A stretch of DNA of 28,282 nt, from positions 1-28,282 of the IMG/VR virus record IMGVR_UViG_3300022690_000579; one strand, written 5' to 3'. The DNA comes from a virus (lineage: Duplodnaviria; Caudoviricetes). Numbering within the stretch: position 1 is the stretch's first letter; each line of letters begins with the position of its first letter. The notes below the pieces were generated by a model. The model had not been told where the DNA came from and did no database searches. It was given only the letters and a program-made list of their open reading frames with translations. A program made the translations under genes and the position numbers. Of this stretch, positions 6,998-15,808 are shown in pieces.

Positions 6998-9221
6998 ACA
7001 CACTGACGAGGAAATTCGTGTAAGTCTAAAGAGTATCATTGATCACTTCGATCAAGAGGATAGGGCTGTCCGCGATAGACAAATTAGAATGTGGCGTCGT
7101 CTTAAGCTAACCTGGGATGGCTTCCAGAAAATATGGTATAGTGAAGTCGCGCATGATTGGCAAGTTCAAGACGATATTCAATCAGATAATGATAATAATG
7201 ATGATCACTATGATAAGCCTATCAATGTATTTCGTGCGTATCTAGAGACTATTATTGCTGCGTTATCAATACAAGTTCCACCAGTTAGTTGTAGTCCAGA
7301 TGATGCTCAAGATCCAATGGACATATCAACAGCAAAAGCTGGAAATATAATTTCTGAATTAATCTATAAGCATAATAATGTTACTGTTCTTTGGATTCAT
7401 GCTCTATTCGTTTATTGCACTGAAGGTCTGGTCGCATGCTATAACTATACTAAAGAGGATGAATCTTTTGGAACTTATGAGAAGAAACATTATAAGGATG
7501 TAGATGAGGATCATTTCTTGTGTCCTGAATGTGAAGCTCAAGTGGATGAAATCTTTGAGAATCGTTCATTGGAGATGGAAGATCAGGAAATTCCAATAAA
7601 CTGTCCCGAATGTGCAACTGAATTAGATCCTAATCTACAAAAGACTACAATTAAAGTTCAGAGATTAGATAAGATAACAGATGAACCTAAGTCTCGTCAA
7701 ATTTTGGAAGTTTATGGTGGGCTATATGTGAAGATTCCCAACTATGCAATAAATCAGGCTCAGTGTCCTTATCTTTTCTTTTCACATGAGATCCATTATG
7801 CTGAGGCAATGGAGCAATTTAAGGAACTTAGATCTCTGAGGCATGATTGGCAAGCTAAGGTTGGATATGATGCTGGTGGATTATATGATCCCTATGAAAG
7901 ATGGGGTCGTCTAAATACTCAATATCGTGGAGAATATCCTGTTAATACAGTTACTATTCGTAAATGTTGGTTGCGTCCTTGCTCCTATAATGTATTGCCA
8001 GAAGAGCAGGCTGATGCAGTAAGAGAGAAATTTCCTAAAGGTGTTAAGGTAGTCCTAGCCAATGAGGAAATAGCAGAAGATCCGATAGAGGAACTTTTAG
8101 ATGATCATTGGACTCTAACTAAGAATCCTCTATCCGATTATCTGCATCATGATCCTCTTGGCCTACTACTTACTTCGATACAGGATATTACAAATGAACT
8201 TGTTTCTCTTACTCTTCAAACTATTGAGCATGGTATTCCCCAGACAATTGCAAGTCCAGAAGTTTTAAATTTCGACCAATATAGACAAACAGAAGTATCT
8301 CCAGGAGCTATATATCCAGGAAGAATATCATCTAATCAGCGAATGGGTGATGCATTTTATGAGATTAAGACCGCAACATTATCATCAGAGGTATTACCTT
8401 TTGGCAAGAATATACAGGAATTTGGTCAATTAGTTGTTGGTGCACCTCCCTCCTTATTTGGTGGTGCTCCCACAGAGGGTAGTAAAACAGCGGCTGAATA
8501 CTCAATGAGTCGCGCACAGGCATTACAAAGACAGCAGAACGTATGGAAAATGTTAGTTATATGGTGGAAAACTATATTTGGTAAGGCTATTCCAGCGTAT
8601 ATTAATAACATTGTTGAGGACGAACGGTTCGTAAAGAAGGATACAAATGGAAAGCATATCAATGTTTTCATTCGTAAGGCTGAACTACAGGGTAAGATTG
8701 GTGATATAGAATGTGAAGCAGATGAACAATTACCAATCTCATGGTCACAGGTAAAGGACACGATCATGAGTATAATGGAAAGTGGTAATCCTGTGTTAAT
8801 AGAGGCCCTTACTGATCCTGAGAATTTAGATTTTGTTAAGAAGATCATAGGTCTTCCTCAGTTTAGAATTCCGGGGGAAGCTGATAGATTAAAACAATAT
8901 GAGGAAATTGATTTACTGTTAAAATCCTCACCTATACCGAGAGAGAATCCTGAAACAGATGAAGAAGAGGAAGGCCCATCTATTCCAATTGATCCTGATA
9001 TAGATAATAATGCTATTCAAGCTAGTATCTGTAGAGGATGGGCAATATCTGAACCAGGACAATTAGCTAAGATAGAAAATTCTGAAGGATATAGGAATGT
9101 TATACTGCATCTTAGAGATCATACTGAAGTTGAACGACTTATGATGTTGGAACAGCAAATGCAACAGGCACAAGGTGGGGCACCACCCAGTAATGAAGAA
9201 GGAGCCGAGAATGTCACCTGA
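6990..9221 (+). CDS. Portal protein (P22-like, large) with zinc-ribbon insertion
   Basis: 743 aa between terL and scaffold/capsid. Segments PINVFRAYLETIIAAL, LLTSIQDITNELVSL, SKTAAEYSMSRAQA and a Q-rich C-terminus; internal CPEC...CPEC. Confidence 0.85.
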   Translation: MSEHTDEEIRVSLKSIIDHFDQEDRAVRDRQIRMWRRLKLTWDGFQKIWYSEVAHDWQVQDDIQSDNDNNDDHYDKPINVFRAYLETIIAALSIQVPPVSCSPDDAQDPMDISTAKAGNIISELIYKHNNVTVLWIHALFVYCTEGLVACYNYTKEDESFGTYEKKHYKDVDEDHFLCPECEAQVDEIFENRSLEMEDQEIPINCPECATELDPNLQKTTIKVQRLDKITDEPKSRQILEVYGGLYVKIPNYAINQAQCPYLFFSHEIHYAEAMEQFKELRSLRHDWQAKVGYDAGGLYDPYERWGRLNTQYRGEYPVNTVTIRKCWLRPCSYNVLPEEQADAVREKFPKGVKVVLANEEIAEDPIEELLDDHWTLTKNPLSDYLHHDPLGLLLTSIQDITNELVSLTLQTIEHGIPQTIASPEVLNFDQYRQTEVSPGAIYPGRISSNQRMGDAFYEIKTATLSSEVLPFGKNIQEFGQLVVGAPPSLFGGAPTEGSKTAAEYSMSRAQALQRQQNVWKMLVIWWKTIFGKAIPAYINNIVEDERFVKKDTNGKHINVFIRKAELQGKIGDIECEADEQLPISWSQVKDTIMSIMESGNPVLIEALTDPENLDFVKKIIGLPQFRIPGEADRLKQYEEIDLLLKSSPIPRENPETDEEEEGPSIPIDPDIDNNAIQASICRGWAISEPGQLAKIENSEGYRNVILHLRDHTEVERLMMLEQQMQQAQGGAPPSNEEGAENVT

Positions 9222-10410
9222 AGTAGAAGGCGCGATTGAAGATGGTGAACTATCTAAGGATCAGATTCTTGACCTCTTATCCGATGATTCTGATGAAAAG
9301 GATGATGATGAAAAACTTGAATTGAAGGAAGATGATGAAGAAGACGAGTCTGATAAGGAAAAGGAAGAAGATGAGAAGGATGATGATAAGGAAGAGAAAA
9401 AAGAATTAAAGTTAAAGGATGATGAAGATGAAGAAGATGATGAAGAGATAGTAACTCATCTTCATCGTAAAGAAATTCTCAAGGCATTTCCAAAGCTCTT
9501 TGATAAGTATCCTCAGCTTGAGAAATCTTGGTATAAGGAACAAGAATATACTGAGCTATTTAGCACGTTAGGTGATGCTAAAGAAGTTCTAGAAAAAGCA
9601 GAAACACTAGATGATTATGAAAAATCACTGATGGAAGGTGATACGGAGTCCATTCTCCAGGCAGTTAAAGATAGTGATGATAAAGATACTTGGAATAAAG
9701 TAGTAGATGATTATCTTCCTACCTTAGCTAAAGTTGATGAGAAGGCTTATTTTCATGTTCTAGGTGAGGTTATCAAAAATACTATCATAAGTATGTCAGG
9801 TGAGGCTAAAAAAACTGATAATAAACAATTACAAGCTGCTGCTCAGTTAGTTAATCAATTTGTATTTGGAACATCAGAATTTCAGCCTACGGAAAAACTA
9901 TCTAAGACTAATGATACAGGAAATGATAAATTAGAAGCTGAACGTGAAGAATTCATGCAAGAAAGATTTGAAACAGCGAGGGACGAGCTAGATACTAAAA
10001 TTCAGAATGTTCTTAAGTCTAATGTAACAGAATATATTGATCCGAAAGATGCAATGTCTTCGTATGTAAAGAAACAAGCAATTAGAGAAGTAATGGAAGA
10101 TATTCAGGAGAGAATTTCTCAAGATGCTTCCTTCGCGAAAGTTCTTGATAAGTTATGGATAACATCAAGAGACAATAAATTCTCACCAGTAACTACTAAG
10201 AAAATTCGTTCTGTTTATCTATCTAAGGCTCAAACACTTTTACCGTCTGTAATCAAAAGAATCCGTATAGAAGCCTTAAAGGATTCGGGCAAGAGGACTA
10301 CAGATAGTAGAAGTAAGAGTCCAGAGAGAACAAGGGTAAGATCCTCCCATAAAGGATCAGATAATGATGGAAAGGGGATGTCAACCATAGATTTTTTCAA
10401 TCAGGATTAA
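9211..10410 (+). CDS. Capsid scaffolding protein
   Basis: Between portal and capsid. Extremely acidic N-terminus, helical body, basic C-terminal tail. ATG at 9211 (SD ggag at 9201) preferred over the 9175 start. Confidence 0.7.
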   Translation: MSPEVEGAIEDGELSKDQILDLLSDDSDEKDDDEKLELKEDDEEDESDKEKEEDEKDDDKEEKKELKLKDDEDEEDDEEIVTHLHRKEILKAFPKLFDKYPQLEKSWYKEQEYTELFSTLGDAKEVLEKAETLDDYEKSLMEGDTESILQAVKDSDDKDTWNKVVDDYLPTLAKVDEKAYFHVLGEVIKNTIISMSGEAKKTDNKQLQAAAQLVNQFVFGTSEFQPTEKLSKTNDTGNDKLEAEREEFMQERFETARDELDTKIQNVLKSNVTEYIDPKDAMSSYVKKQAIREVMEDIQERISQDASFAKVLDKLWITSRDNKFSPVTTKKIRSVYLSKAQTLLPSVIKRIRIEALKDSGKRTTDSRSKSPERTRVRSSHKGSDNDGKGMSTIDFFNQD

Positions 10411-10450
10411 GGAGAATATCTATACTAGAAATAGTATGGATTAAAAAATG
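10409..10450 (+). promoter_or_regulatory. Capsid-gene translation initiation region: SD separated from ATG by a GAAA-tetraloop hairpin
   Basis: aaggaga (10409-10415), then stem atctatacta-GAAA-tagtatggat (10418-10441), then ATG at 10448. Confidence 0.55.
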
Positions 10451-11701
10451 CCTGCTTTAACAGAGGTTCAAGTAGAAGGATTGGAACTCGAAAGAGTTAT
10501 TCCAAAGATTCGTGTTGTGTTTGAAAGAGATGATAAATTCTATTCAAACATTAAAAAGAGGGATGTGCAGAAGATATCTAATAGGCAAATGCGCGTTCCT
10601 CTTGAGCTGCGACCTGGTGGATCATTTGGATATTTTAATCCCGATGGTGGTGATCTAGGACGTGGTGGCGCACCGCAATTTGATAAGGCTGTGCTAACTC
10701 CTGTATTTGTTAGTGAAGCTATTGAATACACGAAGTTGGCTCAGTGGGCAACTGATGATGCTCGCAAGGCTATTATCAATTCTGTGCGCAGACTAACGGC
10801 TACTGCATTAGATGAACTCCGACGACAATTGGATTCTCAAATGATGCAGGCTGGTGATGGTGTTGTTGGCACCATTACTACTGTTGCTACAGCAGGTGGT
10901 GTTGATACTTATACTATGACCACAGATGGATTTGGTGCACGCCTAGTCCGTTTCGGTCAGACAGTGCAAGTATTTGATACTACATTGGCAACTCTCCGTG
11001 GTAGTGGAGAGATTACTCTTTGGGATATTGCAAATAAGACTATTGATGTTACTCCTGCGGTAGCTGGTGCTGTTGCAACTGATGTTATTGTTGTTAACGG
11101 TATTGCTACACCTACCTCATTGCCTGCTCTTTTTGGTGTTCCTTATCATCATTCCAATGCATCTACAGGAACATGGCTAGGCTTCTCTAGAGCATCTACT
11201 CCTGAAATTAGAAGTAATAGGGTTAATGGTGCTTCGGCTGCATTAACTCTTCCTCTACCACGTCTTGCTATCAATCTGATCGGCGATCGCGTAGGAATTG
11301 ATCATAACTTTAGTCCTAATGCATGGATGCATCCTGGGCAAAAGCAAGCATATGAGGATATTGGTCAACTAATTACTACTATTCAAACTAAGACGGGTGG
11401 CAATAAGAATCTTGATATGTATTTTGATGATATGCAAATGGCTGGTGCTCCGGTGAAGACTAGCTATAACTGGGATAGAACTAGAATTGACTTCGTGGTT
11501 GAGTCTGTATGGGGTAGGGGAGAAATTCTTCCTATTGGTTTCTATACTACAGATGGTAGGCGAATCTTTGAGATTCGTGGAGCATCTGGTGGTGTGGCTA
11601 CCTCTGAGATTTTCTACATGGTAGTAGGTATGCAGACTTTTGTAAATAACCCCGCGGCAACTGCCTATATTGATGCACTTGCTGTCCCATCAGGATACTA
11701 G
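10448..11701 (+). CDS. Major capsid protein (HK97 fold expected)
   Basis: 417 aa after the scaffold. Long backbone helix (INSVRRLTATALDELRRQLDSQMMQAGDG) and C-terminal VNNPAATAYIDAL are typical of coat proteins. Confidence 0.85.
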   Translation: MPALTEVQVEGLELERVIPKIRVVFERDDKFYSNIKKRDVQKISNRQMRVPLELRPGGSFGYFNPDGGDLGRGGAPQFDKAVLTPVFVSEAIEYTKLAQWATDDARKAIINSVRRLTATALDELRRQLDSQMMQAGDGVVGTITTVATAGGVDTYTMTTDGFGARLVRFGQTVQVFDTTLATLRGSGEITLWDIANKTIDVTPAVAGAVATDVIVVNGIATPTSLPALFGVPYHHSNASTGTWLGFSRASTPEIRSNRVNGASAALTLPLPRLAINLIGDRVGIDHNFSPNAWMHPGQKQAYEDIGQLITTIQTKTGGNKNLDMYFDDMQMAGAPVKTSYNWDRTRIDFVVESVWGRGEILPIGFYTTDGRRIFEIRGASGGVATSEIFYMVVGMQTFVNNPAATAYIDALAVPSGY

Positions 11702-11711
11702 AAAGGAGGAA

Positions 11712-12041
11712 ATGATGTCTGATCTTCTTCACCAAAATTTTGGCACTGTCCAAAGTCAGCAGCAGCCACAGCCACAAACTATTGCTTCGGCTGCTACTAT
11801 TACACCGACAGGATTTTTGACTCTGTTAACGGGAACAGTGAATATCGATATTATTACTCCGCCTGTAACTGGAGCACATATGTTGGCATTTGTTAGTAGT
11901 GCAGCTACGCCCTTTGTTACGGGGGGAAGTGGCAATGGTGCTATTGCGGCTAATGTGACACTAGCTGCTGATCAGTTATGTTTAATGGTATATGATCCAA
12001 TAAGCACTCAGTATACTGGTGGAGTAACTGCTGCTACATAG
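11712..12041 (+). CDS. Putative capsid decoration/cement protein
   Basis: SD aaggagg before ATG at 11712/11715 (preferred over 11670); T/A/G-rich beta protein directly after the major capsid gene. Confidence 0.55.
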   Translation: MMSDLLHQNFGTVQSQQQPQPQTIASAATITPTGFLTLLTGTVNIDIITPPVTGAHMLAFVSSAATPFVTGGSGNGAIAANVTLAADQLCLMVYDPISTQYTGGVTAAT

Positions 12042-12087
12042 ATTTAAGCAGGGGACGCGCATCTGATGAAAACACGCGGTTTATGAA

Positions 12088-12498
12088 ATGATGGAAAGTA
12101 AGTTCCCACACATAATGAATGGAGCTAAGGCTATTATTAGAGATGATAAACTTACGTTCACTTATATTGATTCATATGCAGATGTAATAACTGAAACTAA
12201 ACCTATGCTAACTCCTATGGAAGTATGTCAGAAAGTAATAGATCGTATGGAAAGGTTTAAGTGTTCAGGTCCAGGTGTTAGGGAATCAGAAATTTCACGT
12301 GCGGAGAGAAAGTGGATTTCAGCTCATCCTGAGAAATGCTTAAAAAAGGCATGGGATCAACTAGATGAATATGGCAAGATGGAAATGTCTATGATGTTGA
12401 GTATGGATTCACATCACGGCATTTCTGATCCTGGATGGGCTAAGAAACATACGGATGAACGTCATGAAATTGTGGGAGATAATGAGGTTCCTCTCTAA
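12088..12498 (+). CDS. Hypothetical protein
   Basis: 136 aa ORF, TAATG-coupled to the next gene. Confidence 0.6.
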   Translation: MMESKFPHIMNGAKAIIRDDKLTFTYIDSYADVITETKPMLTPMEVCQKVIDRMERFKCSGPGVRESEISRAERKWISAHPEKCLKKAWDQLDEYGKMEMSMMLSMDSHHGISDPGWAKKHTDERHEIVGDNEVPL

Positions 12499-12737
12499 TG
12501 AAATTAAGTGAAAAAATAAAACCACTATTTAAATTATTTGGAATCTGTTTTTGGATTCGTAATTCTACGGAAGATTTTGATCATTATTATATAAACCAAA
12601 GGAGTTTTGGTAGCCTTAATGCTAAATTCAAATTTAGATCAAATGGTTATATTTGTATAAATAATTTCATTGTGCCGGGATTAGTACTAGTCATCCGTAA
12701 GGATAAAGAAATTTCAGATCGTTTAGCATCTTTATAA
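12498..12737 (+). CDS. Hypothetical protein
   Basis: 79 aa, AT-rich, basic and aromatic. Confidence 0.5.
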   Translation: MKLSEKIKPLFKLFGICFWIRNSTEDFDHYYINQRSFGSLNAKFKFRSNGYICINNFIVPGLVLVIRKDKEISDRLASL

Positions 12738-12748
12738 GAGGATGGAAC

Positions 12749-12979
12749 ATGCCAGCATCAGAATCAGCTAACGTAACGATTACGGCGCCGTCAGGAGCAG
12801 GTCTAGCAGGTGTAACAGATGTCTTCAATAATATTAGGAGTATTGAATATCAGATTGATAGGGCTATAGTTTCTATTACTGAGAGTAATGGTCATGTTGT
12901 CGAATATGAATATGGCACCGTCGCAACAGTAACTCATGTCATTGCCAATAATGTTGCAACTATTACGATTTCTACATAA
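12749..12979 (+). CDS. Small beta-rich virion-like protein, paralog 1
   Basis: 76 aa; aligns end to end with 13302..13523. Confidence 0.7.
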   Translation: MPASESANVTITAPSGAGLAGVTDVFNNIRSIEYQIDRAIVSITESNGHVVEYEYGTVATVTHVIANNVATITIST

Positions 12980-12989
12980 GGAATAAAGA

Positions 12990-13292
12990 ATGATTATTAC
13001 TAGAATTCAAGAAGTTGTAGATTCTTTTATGGCTAAACTTCCTATACCAAGTAGAGTATATTGTTATCGAGTTGATGGGCGTAGTGTATTTGATATAAGA
13101 AGTCCAAATGATGGAGTAACTAGTAGACAAATGATGTATTTTACTACCTCTTATAATTATGGAGTTGAGATTCCTTTAAATTCTACTGAGGGTGAAGTGC
13201 GCGAAAGACTTGGAAAAGCGTTAAAGGAATTTGAAGCTAAAATAGACAAAACAGATACCTTTCTTGATGATAAATTAGTTCGATTGGAATAG
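12990..13292 (+). CDS. Hypothetical protein
   Basis: 100 aa with SD aagga, inserted between the two paralogs. Confidence 0.6.
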   Translation: MIITRIQEVVDSFMAKLPIPSRVYCYRVDGRSVFDIRSPNDGVTSRQMMYFTTSYNYGVEIPLNSTEGEVRERLGKALKEFEAKIDKTDTFLDDKLVRLE

Positions 13293-13301
13293 GAGGAAAA
13301 G

Positions 13302-13523
13302 ATGGCTTCAGGTAATATAACAATCACAGCTCCAAAAGGTCCGGGTGGGACTGTAACATCTCTTCTATTAAGTAATGCCAGATCAATTAAGTTTGATATG
13401 GCTCATGAAACTTTCATAGTGGAAGATGTTGATGGAAAGATCTCCCATTATGATTATGAGACAATTGCTACTGTCACTTATACTATTTCTGCTGAGTTAG
13501 CTACTATTGCGGTTAGCACCTGA
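13302..13523 (+). CDS. Small beta-rich virion-like protein, paralog 2
   Basis: 73 aa, SD aggagg; shares N[VI]TITAPxG, RSI, Y[ED]YxT[VI]ATVT and ATIx[IV]ST with paralog 1. Confidence 0.7.
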   Translation: MASGNITITAPKGPGGTVTSLLLSNARSIKFDMAHETFIVEDVDGKISHYDYETIATVTYTISAELATIAVST

Positions 13524-13526
13524 GTT

Positions 13527-14087
13527 ATGGATCAAAATAACATAATCGAGATCAATACGCGATTAGATGATTACTATGGTCAATTAGATAATAAATCGAA
13601 ATGGCGTATATCATGGTCTGATGATCAATTTGAAACTCGTTATGGAGACTTTGAAGATCGAAATAAAGAAGGACTTATTATTCGTCGTGTAAGTGAGTGG
13701 CGTCAGCTTCCAAAATATAGGCAATATATTAATCCTGGTCGTTGGCTACTTGAACGTCTCATGGAAATGCCTTCTTTCACAAGTAAGTTTGCAACAAAGT
13801 TGAGTTATGAGTGTTTATTTGCATTTAAGGTAGATCAGATTCCTAATTGGGTTGTAGTGCGAGCTATAGTAGAAACAGTAAATAAGAATATGGAACAGGC
13901 TGGTATTTACACTAAATATAAAGATCCTGATAGAGATCCTAAAGAAGCTGAAGCAAATAAAGAGGCCCGCTTGCAGGGATTGGAAGAGGCATTATTTGGA
14001 AATGAAACAGAACTAGGTGATGCACTAGCATATAAACAAGGAGTTGGATTTACCACTAGTAAGATAAAGGAAGAAAATAATGCCTGA
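13527..14087 (+). CDS. Phage hypothetical protein (head-completion region)
   Basis: 186 aa Trp-rich ORF (KWRISWSDDQFE, RWLLERL) overlapping the next gene. Confidence 0.65.
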   Translation: MDQNNIIEINTRLDDYYGQLDNKSKWRISWSDDQFETRYGDFEDRNKEGLIIRRVSEWRQLPKYRQYINPGRWLLERLMEMPSFTSKFATKLSYECLFAFKVDQIPNWVVVRAIVETVNKNMEQAGIYTKYKDPDRDPKEAEANKEARLQGLEEALFGNETELGDALAYKQGVGFTTSKIKEENNA

Positions 14088-14760
14088 ATTAATTCGCAAG
14101 AGAGTCATTCGTGCTCCTGTTAATCCTATGGATAAATCTACTATTGTTTCAATTTATCCTAGATCAATTAAGGAACGCAAGCCTACTATTCAACCTGGAA
14201 TTTTTGAAATTGAAGCAGGATCATATGAGAATCCTGCTATTCTAGTAGTTGGATCTAGTAGTTGGTGGAAGGAGACTGATGTAGATCAGTTTCTTGAAAT
14301 TCCCCAACAATCTATTCAAATTGCTGATTCATTTATACGTGATTGGGCTGTTGGTCTCTTCCAATGTAATATGGGAGATGCTATGCCTGGGCTCTTCTAT
14401 ATTCCGGGTAATCATGATATAGATGTGGTGAAGGTTTTTAAAGATAAGGATGATATTCTTCTTCTAGATATTGCTCAAAAGAAACAAAAGAGATGGTATG
14501 AATCTCTAGTAGAAGCAGCTGATATTTTGTGGGCTAGAAGTAATGGTAGTCCAAGGGCTATTTCTGATAATATGAGACTAGCCGCGCAGGATCTAGGTTT
14601 AACTAATAAGGCTTGGTTGGCAGATTTTACTACACTACAATTAGAAAAGTGCCCTGCATGTGGGGAACTCAGAGATAGTGATTTTCCTGTATGTAAGCAC
14701 TGCAATACGATTGTTAATAAAGAACAATATGATAGTATGCAATTGAGTGCTGCATCATGA
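14080..14760 (+). CDS. Hypothetical protein with C-terminal zinc ribbon
   Basis: 226 aa with CPACG...CKHC at the C-terminus. Confidence 0.7.
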   Translation: MPELIRKRVIRAPVNPMDKSTIVSIYPRSIKERKPTIQPGIFEIEAGSYENPAILVVGSSSWWKETDVDQFLEIPQQSIQIADSFIRDWAVGLFQCNMGDAMPGLFYIPGNHDIDVVKVFKDKDDILLLDIAQKKQKRWYESLVEAADILWARSNGSPRAISDNMRLAAQDLGLTNKAWLADFTTLQLEKCPACGELRDSDFPVCKHCNTIVNKEQYDSMQLSAAS

Positions 14761-14912
14761 AGATAAGTAAATATAGACTTGATATACCTCCAAATACCAA
14801 GCTATCTCCAGCACTGCGTCGTCTTATTGAGGAAGTTAGAAATGAACGAGATCATTTGGAATTAGCTAGATATGATCGTATACACAGTAGACATAATCGA
14901 TCTGTAGGATAG
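14757..14912 (+). CDS. YhhA-like cyclophane (triceptide) RiPP precursor peptide, 51 aa (not in ORF track)
   Basis: MKISKYRLDIPPNTKLSPALRRLIEEVRNERDHLELARYDRIHSRHNRSVG: leader-like SPALRRLIEEVRNE and core YDRIHSRHNR (YxRxHxRHxR). ATGA-coupled to the upstream gene; ends 5 nt before the next start. Confidence 0.75.
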   Translation: MKISKYRLDIPPNTKLSPALRRLIEEVRNERDHLELARYDRIHSRHNRSVG

Positions 14913-14917
14913 AAAAA

Positions 14918-15613
14918 ATGCCCACTCCAGCAGCTATAATGAGCATGACAGCGTCATTAATGAATGATACTTCACAGGTATCATATACTGATTCTGCCAT
15001 TCTCCCTTATTTGAATATAGCTCTGGATGATCTACAGGAGATATTCCAACATAATAATATTCCTGTAACTAATGAGGTAACCGGAACCTTAACTCCAATA
15101 ACAGCTGGTGTGACAGTGGTATCATTCACTACTACACCAGCATTACCAGCTAATTTAATAGAAATTCAACAGTTATATGAAAGAGCTACCGGTGTTACAC
15201 CTTGGATACCAATGACTAGGAGAGAATTTCTTCCTCTCACTAGGGAAGATCAGAATATCACACAATTCCTAATTTGGGCCTGGGTAAACCAAGAGATTAG
15301 ATTAATTGAATCCACAGCAAGTAATGATCTCAAGATTGACTATATCAAATCTATATTTGCCACGCCAATAGATATTGCTGATATAGCTACTAATCTTGAT
15401 ATCATAAATGTCCAGCAGTATCTTGGATATGCAACTGCTGCTCTCTGTAGTATGTTTATAGGCGAGAATGAGATGCGTGCATCTGTATTGGATAGTAAGG
15501 CTACTCAGGCTTTAGATAGGGAATTGGGTATTCCTATTAAGGGTCGACAGGCTATAACAACAAGAAGAAGACCATTCATGGGTCGGTATAGGCGTAGGGG
15601 ATATATTGGCTAA
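14918..15613 (+). CDS. Head-tail adaptor / tail tubular protein A-like
   Basis: 231 aa. N-terminal helices (ILPYLNIALDDLQEIF), central beta region and C-terminal helices (YLGYATAALC); positioned upstream of the nozzle. Confidence 0.7.
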   Translation: MPTPAAIMSMTASLMNDTSQVSYTDSAILPYLNIALDDLQEIFQHNNIPVTNEVTGTLTPITAGVTVVSFTTTPALPANLIEIQQLYERATGVTPWIPMTRREFLPLTREDQNITQFLIWAWVNQEIRLIESTASNDLKIDYIKSIFATPIDIADIATNLDIINVQQYLGYATAALCSMFIGENEMRASVLDSKATQALDRELGIPIKGRQAITTRRRPFMGRYRRRGYIG

Positions 15614-15629
15614 ATTAAAAAATTGGACA

Positions 15630-15755
15630 ATGGAACAGTTAGAGTTTCTGATCAATATGGATCTTGAAAATACTTTAATACCTGTTTTAGTATTTATGAT
15701 TTTTGCAGTAACATTGGTAACAGTAGTAATAGTTGTAGAGAAATTCTTAGGATAA
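15630..15755 (+). CDS. Possible small single-TM membrane peptide
   Basis: MEQLEFLINMDLENTLIPVLVFMIFAVTLVTVVIVVEKFLG; alternative in-frame starts at 15606 (TTG) and 15657. Confidence 0.45.
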   Translation: MEQLEFLINMDLENTLIPVLVFMIFAVTLVTVVIVVEKFLG

Positions 15756-15756
15756 T

Positions 15757-15807
15757 ACCTCGTAACTAGTCAATTCCGATTAGTTACGCTTCATAAAGGA
15801 GCGAGGT
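15757..15807 (+). promoter_or_regulatory. Structured leader occluding the RBS of the beta-helix gene
   Basis: 11-bp stem cgtaactagtc/gattagttacg (15761-15788, one G-U), hairpin cgcttc/ggagcg (15787-15803) covering SD ggag, and acct/aggt closing pairs. Confidence 0.5.
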
Positions 15808-15808
15808 T

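Noticed and set aside
9290-9450. gatgat/gaagaa repeats as a DNA repeat array or CRISPR
   Set aside because: These are codons of an Asp/Glu-rich tract in the scaffold protein, with no repeat-spacer periodicity.
12039-12079. Stop-codon readthrough signal (UAG plus 7 nt plus pseudoknot)
   Set aside because: An in-frame TAA follows after one codon (tag att taa), so readthrough would add nothing.
12063-12120. Hammerhead-like core CTGATGA...GAAA
   Set aside because: Stem II is weak, AU-only and bulged, stem I has only about 3 bp and stem III is interrupted. This is not a convincing ribozyme without an alignment.
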